A stretch of 64,000 nt of DNA from positions 20,646,001 through 20,710,000 of the forward strand of contig OZ024748.1 in NCBI GenBank assembly GCA_964016885.1, written 5' to 3'. The position numbers were made by a program, and so were the translations under genes. How positions within the stretch are numbered: the stretch's first letter is position 1; every line of letters starts with the position of its first letter. Below the pieces are notes generated by a model. It ran no database searches, was not told the origin of the DNA, and saw nothing but the letters and a program-made list of their open reading frames with translations. This DNA is from Eledone cirrhosa. Lineage: Eukaryota. This document shows positions 1 through 14,096 of the stretch, piece after piece.

Positions 1-277
1 CGTATATATATTGCCCTTATTACCTACAACAGTTAACTGCATCCTAACATGGTATCTAGTTATAGCTATGTGTATTGGACCAATTTTATTGAGAATTAAG
101 TATCTTTGCCATGGACAATACAGCATATAAAGCTTTTGTTCAGCAAGGAACTTTGACTACCAGTTCAGAGATTAATGGAGTGGATCAGTAGTCTCACAGA
201 GTGATAGGAACACTTCAGCATGCATGCATGTATGGACCACTGACTCCTGAGAGAGTCATAGGAAGGCTATAGTGATA

Positions 278-1184
278 TACGAGGTGTGTCAAAAGTTCCA
301 GGACTGATGTCTAAAGATTTATTTCAAACCCAAACTTCACACTAAGAGTTTTCTCCTTCAAAAGTAATCCCCCTGGGGTATGTAATTAATCTTAGCTCTC
401 TGCAGCGATCAAACTTTTTCATAATTTTATATACATGTCCCCTGTTTCAGGTCGTCAAGCAATGAGCACAGCAACGGATAAATTTGAAATTTCTGGTACG
501 GTTGGGGAAAACTCCATCAGAAGCACTGGCATTGCTGTAGCAAGTGTATGGAGATGAGATGATGTCACGCTCACGTGTTTTCGAGTGGTGCAAGCGATTT
601 AAAGATGGATGCGAGGACGTGGAAGATGACCCCAGGAGCGGAAGGCCCTCAACAACCAGGACTGAGGTCAACGTTGAGCGCATCAGGCAGATGGTGTGTA
701 GCGATCGTCGGCTGACTGTTCGACTGATGGCAAATGAGCTGGGCATGAATCGGGACAGCATCTGGAAGATTCTCACTGAAGATTTGGACACGCAGAAAGT
801 CTGCGCGAAGACGGTGGCAAACTGCTGAACGATGATCAGAAGGGTCTACGCATACAAGTGTGCCAGGACATCCTCGAGCATCTTGAAACCGAACCAGACT
901 TGCTAGGGACAGTCATCACCGGTGATGAGTCATGGATCTTCGAGTACGACCCGGAGGGGACCCGTTTTGAAGTTGTGGACGACATAAAAAAGGCTGTGAC
1001 GACGGAACTGCAGAGGATCCCGAAGTAATCCTTCCAGGAGTGCATGCAAGCATGGCAGAAAAGGATGGAAAAGTGCATTAGATTCCAGTGGGATTACTTT
1101 GAAGGAGAAAACTCTTAGTGTGAAGTTTGGGTTTGAAATAATTTTTTTGTGACATCAGTCCTGGAACCTTTCTGACACCTCGTA
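278..1184 (+). mobile_element. Mariner (DD34D-type) non-autonomous element, internally deleted, ~95-bp TIRs
   Basis: TACGAGGTGTGTCAAAAGTTCCAGGACTGATGTC... at left and its reverse complement at right, TA on both flanks; HTH region (VFEWCKRFKDG..DDPRSGRP) and GDESWIFEYDPE fused directly to the C-terminal GTRFE..DYFEG. Confidence 0.95.
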
Positions 1185-2997
1185 TAACATGTATTGAGCA
1201 AATAAAACCTCGCAGAGTCAATCCCTTATCCAGATCTGAATACAGCCAATTTAGAAAGGAAGGGAGAAAGTGATATGGAATATCAACCCCCAGTTCTAGA
1301 GCGATACTTTTTATTAATTAAATTGACCTCGAAAGGATGAAATGCAAAGTAGATCTTGGTAGGCTTTGATATCAGAGGATGGGATTGAATACCATTTAAT
1401 ATTCTACAGTGAAGTGCTATTGACTAAATACAAATATATATTTCGACCCTTTGCCCAGTAGGAAGCTCATGTATCACTTCAGACAAATTATATTAGATTA
1501 CATCCACTCAGCCAGGTCTTAAGATAAAGATTCAGTGAAGTAGGCATTTTAGACAATATATTAAAAGGAACAAAGTCAAGGAAATTAATTCATCAAAATA
1601 AAAGTTTAAAACTTTAGAAACTAAAGTTAATTTTTGCTGTTTAGTCATGAAGTGAAGGGTAGTGGCCATGAATCTTCAGGGCTTCTGTTACTAGTAGGGA
1701 GGGAGAAAGACCCGATCTGAATGCTTACAACAGAATGATTCTAATAAAGGCATCTATGGACAAGGTGGTAGTTGAGAGCATTAAACTGAGAGTGTCTACC
1801 ACCTACAGACAAGGAGGTGGGGGAGCCGTTAAACTGATGGATTAAGTCTACCAGTTATGGACAAAATGGTGGTGTTGGCTATAAAATCGACAGATTAAGT
1901 CTACCACCCAAGTAGGCCACATCTGGATTTGAACTCAGAATGTAAAGAGTTGAAACAAATACCAAAAGGCATCTACACTGAATAGAATTTCTGATAATAT
2001 CACAAGACTGATAATTCATTTTAACAATCCATTTTTTTTTTTATTATAACTTGGTAGGTCTAGACTTCTGAACAAAAATATAGAAATAAATACAGCTCTT
2101 AAATTTACTTTCAAATTTCAAATATTTCGAAAATTTCAACAGAACTTTTTTCTCTACAGGAATTTAGTAATTTTTTAACTTTAATCACCTAACTCCGGAT
2201 AGTCACGGGAGCAGTGTCATGGATAGAGCATTTCTTGGGTATTTTAAACCTGGCAGAACCCATCCCTCTCTATGTCTGAAGACAGCAGATTTCTTCCAGA
2301 GAGAGAAGGATAAATGTGAGAGGAAGTGAGAAAGATAAAGAGGAAGTACTTTTTTTTATCAACCTTGAAAGGATGAAAAGCAAAGTTGACCTCGATTTAG
2401 TAATCTAACAGATCTAAGATTTTAACCAGTTTCTGCTGTGATTCTTTCATAAGGCATTCTAAATGAAACTGAACAAACGAAGCTGGAGAGATAGTGACTA
2501 CCTTGGAGTGACTCCTTGACTTCCAGTCGATACACCAAGTAAGATTATTCCAGATATCTGAAGCTACACCTGGTTTTATCATTCATAAACTGCCAGCTTT
2601 AAAATATTCATACACATATATTAATGCTTTCCATCATAAACATGAAAGGTGGCTATATTACTAGATTCTTCCAAGTTTTATTTTTCAAAATAAAATATCA
2701 AAAGATGTGGTAACCCAAGGATTTAAGACTATTCCAAGACATTCATCTGGTATTTAATTCCCTTAAAGATTGGAAACCAGAATAATGATGAAAGACTAAA
2801 AACATTTAGAAAGCCCAATAGTTCATCGCAAACAAAATTTTTACCAACTTAACCTCCAAAAATATGAAGAAAGAATCGTGTCAGATTGGCCCAAGGAAAT
2901 TGTTTTTATTGGCCATGCCATTGCCAATACCTGTTGGTTGCAAATTCTAGCAGGTGCTATGTAAACCCAAAACTCATCCTGATTAGATACCATAAAG

Positions 2998-3179
2998 CAG
3001 GCATGTCAAATATGTGGCCCTTTGCAAGCACACCTGCAACCCTCAACCTGCACAAAGGTTTTTACAGCGTGAACATAAAAAAAAAAAAAAATTGTAATAT
3101 GCGCAATTAGTTGTCCTGTGTGGCCCTCAGACAAAATGACCCATGTGGCCCGCAGGGGACCCTCAGTTTGACATGCTTG
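2998..3179. mobile_element. hAT (Charlie-like) MITE, 182 bp
   Basis: TIRs CAGGCATGTCAAA / TTTGACATGCTTG; perfect 8-bp TSD CCATAAAG at 2990-2997 and 3180-3187. Confidence 0.9.
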
Positions 3180-3322
3180 CCATAAAGGATCCTTTTAGAT
3201 TCTTGAACAATTCCATTAATCCATCAAGCCATGATAAATACTTTATCAACACTAAAAGGATGAAAAGACAAACTCGTCCTTGGGATTTAAACTGTGTGCA
3301 ATGAGCCAAAACAAATATTGAT

Positions 3323-3592
3323 GCATTTAATGCTAACAACTGCCAATTCAGACTAAAGTGGCATTTAATGCTAACAACTGCCAATTCAGACTAAAGTGGC
3401 ATTTAATGCTAACAACTGCCAATTCAGACTAAAGTGGCATTTAATGCTAACAACTGCCAATTCAGACTAAAGTGGCATTTAATGCTAACAACTGCCAATT
3501 CAGACTAAAGTGGCATTTAATGCTAACAACTGCCAATTCAGACTAAAGTGGCATTTAATGCTAACAACTGCCAATTCACAGACTAAAGTGGC
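3323..3592. repeat. Minisatellite, 38-bp unit x7
   Basis: GCATTTAATGCTAACAACTGCCAATTCAGACTAAAGTG head-to-tail; last copy has a 2-bp insertion. Confidence 0.97.
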
Positions 3593-4817
3593 TGTAAACC
3601 AATGATCTCTAATTTAGGCACAAGGCCAGAAATTTTTTGGTGGGGAAAGGGAGGTCGATTATATTAACCCTGGTCCTTGACTGGGACCGTTTCATCCTTT
3701 CAAGGTAGATAAATCAAGTTGGCTTTGAACAGAAAGCAAAGACCCTAAAGAATATACTGCTGAATATTTGATGCTTTAAAAACTAGCTATCTGTTGCCTA
3801 GTAAAAGTTTTAATAATGTAACAACAATAGGAAAACCTCGTTAGTACAGCTAAAGATCTGGGACCACTAAGATAACCCCAGACCCATCAAGTAAGAGCAA
3901 TAGATTAGATTAAAGACTACCACAACTACTGACAATGTATAAATTCTCATCTTACTGAAGCTCCTTCCTCATCTCCCATTATTTCATTTAATTCACAGCC
4001 CAAGCAAAAACACTTTCAATCTCATGAAAGCAAAGGGCTAAAAACTTGACTCCATGCAACCTTAAATTAACTCTTACCAATACAGACTTCACTAGTTACC
4101 TTGGATTCCGGATTTTACCCCAAACAGCTAAATACATATATCAGGTATTGACTGGTTACCATGGTTAACAAGCATGTTTATGGTGGAGCTCAAATCCTTC
4201 AGTTTAAACTCAAAATATAAAGACACAAAATTGAAACCACAAGCTATCTGATTTAGCACTAAAGATCTCATCTTTCAATATGGATATAAGACTTAAAGGT
4301 GCATGATGTCACCTTTACTGTTCATAATAGTGAATAGAATTTAAATGAACAGATGGGGTGAAAGTGGTAACAAAATTGGCGAGAGTTGATATTTGCAAGC
4401 AACATGATGCTACTTAACTCATCAGATCTCTAACATGCACTAGATAGGTTTGGTTTGCTATTGTGTTACAAGGCAGGAATGAAAAGTCAGTGCATGAAGA
4501 TAAACATTCATCCTGGCAAGAAAGCCTGCACTATGCAGTTAACATACGAGTGACATTACACTGAAACAGGTATTCAAGTATTTCAGACATTTTTATCAGT
4601 AATGAAAGGCAGGAAGCTGAATTAGATATAATTGCTGAAGCTGTTGTAGTAATACATTAATCTTCAGTACTCAGAAGTGAGGTAAGTGTAAAAGCCAAAT
4701 CTCGCACTCTTCAATTTGGTAGTTGTGCCTACCCTTACAATCAGGAATCTTGAGTAGTGACTAAAAATAATATAATTGCAACTAGAAATGACTGAAATGG
4801 AGTAACACTACTTAAGA

Positions 4818-5310
4818 TGTAACTGCGGTCAGGGAGTCATTCTAGATAGAGCTGCTACTTCCTTACATCAAATGATCAGAGCTGTAGCAGAACTACTTCA
4901 TACCAATGGTTTCATGGGATTTGGTTAAACAAACCAATCATTAGATCGCATATTGTTGCCTCCTTATAAAGCCTAGTTCATCAGAGAGATAACCCTAGAC
5001 AGCAAGAGGAGAAGACATACTATGGAGTAGTTCCTGCATATTCCTCGTATTTTCCTGTAAGGAGGAACTAAATATTTAACAAGACATTCAACATTTCAGG
5101 AATTGTTCTATTACGGTAGGAGATATTCAATGTTTCCTGTTCTGTTCTAGACAATATCTGCCTAGCTTCAACCTCATGGCCAGTAATTACCTTCATTTCT
5201 TATACCCTCCTGTGTGATATATAAATTCAGCCTTCTAATAATAAATGTGTTTATATCGAATTGAGTGTTAAAAAAGATTTATAAATGGATGTCAGAAGTC
5301 CGTCACTGCA
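4818..5310 (+). mobile_element. Possible degraded solo LTR
   Basis: TGTAACTGCGG...CCGTCACTGCA termini, internal TATAAAG and AATAAA; no TSD seen. Confidence 0.35.
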
Positions 5311-5594
5311 TGTAAAAGGAGGACCACACTAACCAAGGTCTATAAATGTTTCAGCCTGTAATTATTAATAGGCATTTAACTCTTCATTATAGAGCTTTGG
5401 TACTCGTCTTAGACATACTAACCCTATGTCTAAGAAAAGTGCAGGTGCAGATTTTATGGGCAAAGGCAAGTGGCAGGATATAGAGATGTAAACAAGCAAG
5501 ATGTTTGGATAACATCCATAACCTTCATGGGTTTGGCCTGGGGATTCAGCCAGATCATTTGATGACAATGACTTGCTTCTAATAGGACCATATT

Positions 5595-5775
5595 TGAAGG
5601 CATGTGCGTGAGGCCAGCCCCATAAACTCAAGGAAGAGGTGTAAGAAGAACCCTCTTCGAAGAGCATGTGAAGACAGCCCCATAACCTCAAGGAGGTTAT
5701 GTAAGGATCCTCTTGGAAGAGCATGCGAGGACTGCTCTATAACTTCAAGAATAAGTAAGTAGGTGTAAGAAAGAT
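5595..5775. repeat. Degenerate ~60-bp tandem repeat x3
   Basis: Recurrent GAAGAGCATG..CAGCCCCATAA.CTCAAGGA..TGTAAG. Confidence 0.6.
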
Positions 5776-6430
5776 TCCACCATCCCACTGCTCTTGACAG
5801 GAATTTTATTCACATCGAAAGGATGAAAGGTAAAGTTGAACTCAGACTAAAATGAGCCAGAATAAAGAGCAAGATATTTCACCCCCTATTAAATATTTAT
5901 CACTAGATATTTACTATGCTTGCATGGATTACACGGGCTGTCACATTATGAGACTAGATAGGACAGGTGACCACATCTTAATGATTAGTCTATAAATAGA
6001 AAAGTCATAAAACCCAGTCAAGAAATTACACAAATCGTTCCTTATTGGATGTAGCTAGTAGATTGTGTTTATGAGAGCATTACAGTTTCTATCTGTTTTT
6101 CCATACCACTATATAGTGGACAATGTCCAAAGCTTATCTCGGTTCCATGAGTGTTAAGAGAGAGTACAGGGAAACCAATCTTACTTCCAACTGCCTCCAA
6201 CTCATTTTTTATCAATAAACTTAACACAAAATAAAACCTTGTTTGAGGATACAACACATCTAGTCATGGGATCAAACCCAGGTTTTTATGCTCAGGATTC
6301 CAGCAGTCACTTGGTTATGTGCTTTCACTTATGCATATTGTGGGGGAGGGGGGACTATACTGAAAATTTATCTAGATAAATAACTAGTAATTGTAGAAAA
6401 CAGAACTGGAATCCAAGTATTACCATAAAA

Positions 6431-6461
<31 letters not shown>

Positions 6462-9084
6462 TTTTAAATAATTTTTACCCAGTCGAAATGTCATGCAAAC
6501 CAGTCAGTAATTCTTGCCAAAGACAAAGACTGGCTGGACACCAGAAGACAAAAATAAAAATAAATAAATAAAAAAAAGGTAACTTGGTGTTTAACACTTA
6601 ACATCTTGTAATGATTTGGCAGAAAATATTAGACAGGTTTATTCAAATACTTATAGTAATTTTACTAGTGGATAGATCATTGTGAAAATGTGTTAATTTA
6701 GAGAAGAAAAAAAAAACTAACTTTTAATGTAATTCAGCCATGTTTTCTACTTTTCAAGAACATCTAATGTGGTTTCATTTGCTACAGGATGTTGAATGAC
6801 TAGTTTGAAATCAAACTACAAGATGAACAGTGAGCTCATCTCCAATGCCAAAACTCAAGTTAATATTTGGTTAAGAAAGTGGTCTGTAGCCAATTTGAGA
6901 AAAGTCAGATAAAACAACTATTGAGAAACATCAAAATGATATCACAAATAGACAAGCCCCTAACGTTGCCATGGTTTCAACCAGGAACAGGAATGTTAAA
7001 AGAAACAGTTGCCATGAGTCTTATCAGAAACAGTAAAAGAATGTTACAGGTAAATATTCCATTAACATTGCCTTCTATCAAGAACAGGAACAATAAAGGA
7101 AGGTCACCAGTAGCCATGCCACAAACATTGCCTTAGGCTATCTTTATGACCCTCGAGACTGGTTATATAATCTTTTTGTACCCATGCATCGTAAAAAAAA
7201 AAAAAAAAAAAAAAAAAATCTTGGGCATAACTTGACTACAAAACGTGAAACTTTCAAAAGACTCCAACTAAACTCCTGACAAATCCATTTCTTTAATCCC
7301 ATGTGTTCACCACAATAGTTACTATCGGGGACAGTAAAAGAAAATTGCTAGTGAAAGAAAAAGATTAAAATTTCATAAAAACTAATTCAGCTAACATCCT
7401 ACATATATTTAGGAGAAAATATCTAAAAACAGCTATGTTAATTCAAATGTTTGTAGTATATTGACCAGTAGACAGATCAGAGAATATTTGTAATAAACTA
7501 AAGCAAAGTCTAATTTTTCATATGGTGTTTGAATGTCTATTCTGGTATGATTTCACGTGTTAGAGGGCATGAACAGTTAAAGGTAACTCGATGGATAAAG
7601 TTATTTCTGCCTAAGAAACTTAGGAAAGATTTTTATAAAATGGAAAATCCCTTCTAAGGACCATTTAAAATTTATATACAAAATTAAAGGTTATTACAAA
7701 ATCAGACAAAGGTAACAAGCTTTATGCTCTTTTTATTGTTGATATCTACCATTCACCAGTAGAAGTGTCACCACTTTTCCTGCGACAAGAGTTGGGTATT
7801 GAACTCGAAATACAAACAGCTAGACCAACAAGCCATCCTATCTACCACAAAGGATTCTGCTAGTCTCAGTCCAAGACAAAGGATGAAAGGCAAATTTGAT
7901 CTCAGAAAGATCCCATTTGACATGCAAATGATTCTAATAGTCATAACTAGGGAAAATAGCACTTATGGCAACTAGTAAATTTCACCCCTGCCCAAACAGA
8001 CGATAGCTTATCTGACTTTAATATAAAGTGCTCCTAGTTCAAAAGGCACCCCCGTTTCAAGTGGCACCTATGGCGCATACCATTAGCACCATACCTCAGT
8101 TACACCCGACTATACAGGCTTGATACTTTGATCACGATATGACAGAAAAGTTGACCTCGGCAGTATTTTGGTTCAAAGAATCGTTAACTGTCAAGATTTT
8201 ATTCCACACTAATTCTCTCAATTCAACACCTTTAAATACATAGGATCCCTTCATTCCTGATGGAGCTGTAGGAGCACTATCCCGACACAGAATGTTTTGG
8301 CTATTTTAAACCAAACAGAGCTCTTCCCTCTCCAGCCAATGTCTTCCATAGGAGGAGAGAGGAAGTGAGAATGCTATAGGAAGAATCAAACCCATTAGTA
8401 AATTGGAACAATTTTTATATCTACCACCAAAGGATGAAAAGCAAAGTTGACTTTAGTGGAATTTGAACTCCCGAGTGCAAAGAACTGGAATGAATAATGT
8501 AAAGAATTCTATTTGACATTTTACTTGCCAGTTTGCTGCCTCTTTATATACTTTCAATCTTTAAATATATAACTATGCATAACTAAAAACTCAAATTGTT
8601 CCTTTACTGTGACCACAACAGTGTGGTTTATGAGAGAGTTCAATTTAGTTTTATAACTTTTTTCATGCTTGTATATTGACCAGAGCTTATCCCAGTTTCA
8701 TGGGTTTTAAGTGACAAAGTACAAAACTTATTACAGATCCAGTTAATTTGTCAAGCTTCGAAATAGTACCATAGAAATTGTGGTACATTAATACCATACA
8801 ATCCTTAGCTATTTATATAAACCAGTTACCAAACCGCCCAAAGACACCTGAAAAAAATGTTGGTTCATGTGACCAAGCCGCCCAAAACCGCCCGTACTCA
8901 TTCATATTTAAATGAGAATATCAGAGCAAATCTCGTTAGTACATTCGTGAAAACACGTGATTATACTGCCTAAACAATTGGGCTACAGTTTTGGACAACG
9001 ATCGACGTGTTATTTTAATTGTGAATTTTGGGAGATTTTTTTCCAAATTTGTTCCTGTTCTGTTTTGAAAATTTGTAATTCTGA

Positions 9085-9125
<41 letters not shown>

Positions 9126-9586
9126 TACCAATTTCATTCCGTCAAGCAGCGAGTCAGAATTCGAAGGATTTTCCACTGAAGACCTTGAAAAATTTAACTT
9201 GGAATAAAAAAAAAAATAAAATTAAAAAAAAAAAAGCACGTGGTATTTGATAATGAATCCAATGTTTCATTTTCCAAAAGTGAAAACTGAATCCGAGAGC
9301 TCCGATGACAGCGATAAAGAAAATGAATTGGCACCTGAATGGAGTAAAAATTTAAAAACTGTTTCTTTCAGGGATTTTTGTGAAGAAACTGGACCAAGTC
9401 AGTCTATCCCAGGAGAGCAAAGCTTTAGACTATTTCCTTTTACTTTTTCCTATGAGCTTGTTTGAAATCATTACAGCAGAAACAAACCGTTACGCTGAAA
9501 GTAAACAGTGAAAAAAAGGATAGTTTGTGGTTTCCCACAAGCTTAAATGAAATTAGAGCTTATTTTGCCATAAATATTATTATGGG

Positions 9587-10901
9587 TGTAGTGACAAGCG
9601 AGTTACTTTCCTTGTATCGGCACTATCTTAAATATAGGAGAAGCCCTAGACATGGAGGAGGACGAACTGGCCAGCCTGTTCGGTAGGACATTCAGCCCGG
9701 GACCTATGGACAACTTCCAGAAGTCCCTGGCCTGGCAGTGCTACCGAGGAGCTTTACCCGTTCGAGAAAGGCTCTACAGACATGGGCGCCCGGGTAGGGA
9801 CCCCGCCAAAAAGATCTGTCCCAGATGCGTGTGCGACGAGGAAACCGTTGCACACGCATTGGTACACTGCTCAGGCGTAGCCGATCTGTGGGGCTATGTC
9901 GAACAACTGCTGTCAAGGGTGGGACCGATCCGGTTGACCACCGAGTCTATTGTAATGATCAAGTCGCCTCCCCCCTTCAAAGATGAAGCAGAGGCGGTGT
10001 TTCTGTGCGTAATAGCCATGGCGAAAGAGGTTGTATGGTGGACGCGTCTGAAAGGACTGAGGTCAGGCACCTTTCTCTCTGGCCAACAACTGGTCCGTTT
10101 CTTCCGATATCATTTCGGAAGAAATGATCAGGATGGAGAGAGAGGTGCTGCACCCCAGTCGTTTTTATGAAAGGTGGGTGAAAGTGGCGAGAATGGCCCG
10201 TGTGAATGGGCCTTCTCTTTACATAAGCCTGTAGGTGGAAAAGAGGAAGGAACGAGGGAGCACCCCCTCTGTGCTCCTGAGGAAAAGGGTTGCACAGGAT
10301 TTTGTTATAAATTTTATTTTTTGTTATATTTTATAACAAAATCCTCTATTGAGGATTTTGTTATAATTCTATTTTTTGTTATATTTTATTTTATTTTTAT
10401 ATATTGTTATTGCCTCCTCCCTATTGAGGACGCCTTGTTTTGTAAACTCCCATGGTACTTGTCCCACTTTTGATGCCCTTGTGGCAAATAAAAGAAACAT
10501 ATCTTAAATATAGGAGAGGCTATTGAGTGAGAAGGGTAACTGATCTCTCTCTTCCATGCTGGCTACAATGGAAAGCGGACGTACAAATATTCTCCGATTA
10601 TGACGGCCCGACTTGGCGGGTGTACTCTATGGAATAGCTTCGTTTGGAACCAAAGACTTTGCAACGCCTCGTCTCCTGCATACACACATCCTTTCATTTA
10701 GCTCTGTCCATAAAATAATAATTAAGCCATTTCTGTTAATCCGCAAGGTATGTAGGGATTGAATTAACGTTTGTATAGAGTTTATTAAATGTATCATTTA
10801 ATAAAGGATTGTTTATTTCGACTTAAAGCCCTTCTGAAGTTATTTTACATAAGCAAGACGATATGTTGTCCGTTCATTGACAATATATCGTTTTCACTTT
10901 A
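9587..10901 (+). mobile_element. Solo LTR inserted in the piggyBac transposase
   Basis: TGTAGTGA...TCACTTTA termini, (A)TGGG duplicated on both sides; removing it restores the transposase frame. Confidence 0.8.
9642..10499 (+). mobile_element. Tx1/L1-clade LINE, 5'-truncated 3' end
   Basis: ORF2 C-terminal zinc-knuckle region (LPVRERLYRHG..CPRC..ETVAHALVHC), T-rich 3' UTR, AATAAA; 17-18-bp TSD TATCTTAAATATAGGAGA (9624-9641, 10500-10517). Confidence 0.92.
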
Positions 10902-11379
10902 TGGGCTTCAGAAAGCTACCCACAATTACAAATTACTGGAGTAGCGATGAACCCTTTGGAGACGAATATGTCTCCAGTATAATGACGAGGACACGGTTTT
11001 TAAAATTGACGCAATATTTACATGTAAGAAACACAAGCAGTACACCAGTACGTGGAGAACCAAACTTTTGGTTAGAAATATGGTAACGAAAGAAGGTATT
11101 TCACTTATAGCACTTATAAAAACAAGATCCTTCGAAGACTGATCACATGCAATTATAAAAAGATAGGATAAGGGGTTAAATTTTATCTATCTATAGTAAT
11201 GGTAGAATTAGTTTTAACACATTAAATATAAATGTTTATAGTTTTTGTATAATTCCAATTCAAGACAAATCAATGTCAATGCTTGGCTATTTATATAAAT
11301 CAGCTCATGAACTTCCTAAATACCTTGAAGGATTTTTGCAGGAGATCTCAAGCTCTAGGTTATGGTGCAAGAAACTTAC

Positions 11380-11450
11380 TGAAGATGTCAAGACTCTCGG
11401 TGACTTCAAATTAATGTAACTACTTATAGCCTTGCTTGCACCAATATAAA
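11380..11450 (-). other. Candidate internal exon of a host gene (71 nt)
   Basis: tttag| acceptor and |gtaagt donor on minus strand, open frame VYIGASKAISSYINLKSPRVLTSS; no homolog recognised. Confidence 0.25.
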
Positions 11451-11637
11451 CTAAAATATAGATCTACAAAGTATCCTGAATAATCAATCCCTAAACAACT
11501 GCCTCCGAACTGTTGGTTGCTGTAGAGCCAATCTTCAGAAATGGGGATATGCCACTGATGATTCTAACACAAACACAAACAATTACAAACTATGCAGTGC
11601 CTAGTTTGCACCAATCTTGAATATTCATTTACACTGA

Positions 11638-12622
11638 GATGCCAACTTACAGAATGCTACGGTACTGAAATATGCAGATGACATCAAGCTGTACCTTGAA
11701 ATCAAAAGGACTGATCCTGAAATTTACAACTCTTTCCTACAATCAGACCTGGACACAATGCAGCAATGGATCACAGACTGGCAACTGAAGCTGGCTGTGG
11801 ACAAGTGTACCACCATGCATTTTGGAAGGAAAAATCCAGCGTCCACATACTCCCTCCACAACACTGATATCAAGAAGTCCTCTTGTGAACGTGACCTGGG
11901 CATTACTGTCAGTAGCGATTTGCGTTGGACAAAGCATGTCTCTAAGATTGTCAAGAAGGCCGAGAGTGTCTTGGCATCACTCAGCAAGACCTTTGTTAGC
12001 CGCTCTCCAGCCATCTATTTAAAACTATACAGCTATGGTACGACCACACTTGGAATTCGCATCATCAGTCGGGAACCCCTATCTTGCTCAGAACATTGAC
12101 CTCCTGGAAACTTCAGAGACGTGCAACCAAGCGCATACCCATCAGACACCTACCATACTCTGAATGCCTCGCTTCCCTGGGCATGGATTCATTGAAGCTC
12201 CGACGTCTTGCAATGGACTTGGTGAATACCCACAAAGTTATTAACCATCTCGCCAATTGCAATCCTGAGCACCTTTTTGATCTCCATGTGTCTAACACGT
12301 GGACATGCCTACAGAATCAGAAAACAGCACAGCTCCCATGACTTTCGTAGACATTTTTTCACGCTCAGAGTTGCTGAAGCATGGAACAAACTGCCTGCGT
12401 CAGTTAGCTGCCGAGACACTGCATCCTTTAAGACACTCATGCTTCCCGAAATACGCCAAAACTACACCCGATGTACCCCTTCCATACACATGCACACGTG
12501 TGTATCATGACTCCTGCACTGTTCATTTTACTGATGTTTGTGAATTGCCCTAAGTACTGTACATGCACTTTGATGAGTTGTGTACCTGGGCACTACACAA
12601 TATTTCATTATTATTATTATTA
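11638..12622 (+). mobile_element. CR1-clade LINE, 5'-truncated
   Basis: KYADDIKLY, LQSDLD..W..DWQLKL..DKC, ERDLGITVSSDLRW, QRRATK, FFTLRVAEAWNKLP; (ATT)n tail. Confidence 0.92.
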
Positions 12623-13489
12623 TTTAACCTTGAAACCTTAACACTCTAGGCAAGGCCCTGTATGCGACACTGGATGGGTGTAGTAACTCAATAAAAAGAA
12701 GTCCCCAAACTTGTTACAACCCAACTCAGTTCAGGTTTGTAAGTTACCAAGATTATATAATAGCACCAATATACTTATTGTAGTAAATATGGACATTTAC
12801 CTAGCATTTGAAGAAATTGATATTTACAACCGAGAAGTTTATTTCGTCCGTCAACCTCTCCATTGTAAATAAAACATGGAACTTATTTTAAGCAAAGTAA
12901 TGTAGCATATATACATAGCTTATGCACTTGTAGAGCAGTCACAAACAATACAATCTTAGAATATTCCTCCTTTAGTTTCAGTCTCACTTGTCTGTTACTC
13001 GCTTCGTAATATGGTGTATAAGACAAAGCACTTGAAGTGGATAGGACCCATGAAAGAGGAAGAACAAGGAACACCTGGGACGAAATGAAGGAAAAAGTGA
13101 CCTGAAGAAAACTTTATGAAGGACATGACAAATGACTGGCAATTTACCATAATACAAGCACCGTGACACTAAAGTAAATAGGGTGAGAGACCAGAGGTTA
13201 CAGTTTTTGGCAATGAAATTGAGACAGTATAGAGTTTGAGAGGATATCAGTCTAGACAAGTAGTGCTTGTGCCATAAAAAATTAGATGGTTGGCATAAGG
13301 GATCCAGGTAAAAACCATGCTAAATATGGAACAAAACGAGCAAAATAAGGTTGCTCTGACATGTCTAGTCTTTGACTGTGAGAACTTGTCCAACATGCCA
13401 ACTAATACAGATGTAAAAATTATGAATATTGCCTAGTTGGCATTTTGAATACCTCATCGGCATTGCCTTTCAGTCGATGAGGGGGGTAA

Positions 13490-13990
13490 TGTAGTGAATA
13501 CATATGCAAAGGCTCGATGATGTCACTTCCATCCAAGTGTGACGGGTGTGAAAACTTAAACTGAACAGTTCAGTTCAGTTGCTGCTAGATTTCCAGCCTG
13601 CCAAGACATGTCCAGCGCTCCTATCACCAACTCAGGACACCACTAGCTGACATATTTCATATGCTGCAACATGCCATTATTCTTATTTGAAGCAAGAACT
13701 TTATCTTCTTGAATGTGAGTAACTGAAAGTTATTTACAACACTTATGGACTTGAATATTATTTTCTACTGACCTGCTCACATACACCTTTGTGGATGTAC
13801 ATTCCCACATCCAAACACCATCTTTATCACCCACCTAATTTGTTACATTCATACATTCTGCATTAGGAGACCAACTCACCAACTACACCATCACGACATG
13901 TGGTAAATTATTTCTATTGTGTTATTGACTCGTGCGATATAAAACTTTGTACAAACATGCACCAGCCATTCTTATTCTTTTTAATATTAT
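13490..13990 (+). mobile_element. Possible old LTR
   Basis: Polypurine GAGGGGGG then TGTAGTGA, the same start as the LTR at 9587; 3' end uncertain. Confidence 0.3.
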
Positions 13991-14096
13991 TATTATTATA
14001 AGTAATATATACACCAATACTAGTCATCTAAAAGGATGAAATGGTGATAATTAGTGCTATTCTACAAGCACAATCTAATGTAGAATTCTATCATAC

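Larger units (their letters stand above)
8870..11175 (+). mobile_element. piggyBac-like element, internally deleted, interrupted by nested insertions
   Basis: Acidic N-terminus, ETNRYA, WFPTSLNEIRAYFAINIIMG, resuming at ~10906 as FRKLPTITNYWSSDEPFG..IMTRTRFLKLTQYLHV; right end GGGG+TTAA at 11172-11179; left end not located. Confidence 0.8.

Noticed and set aside
3323-3592. 38-bp array as a CRISPR
   Set aside because: Pure tandem repeat without spacers
2500-4130. Additional small minus-strand exon candidates (~2502-2596, ~4100-4127; also ~17228-17271)
   Set aside because: Splice-like dinucleotides present but too short or stop-containing to distinguish from chance
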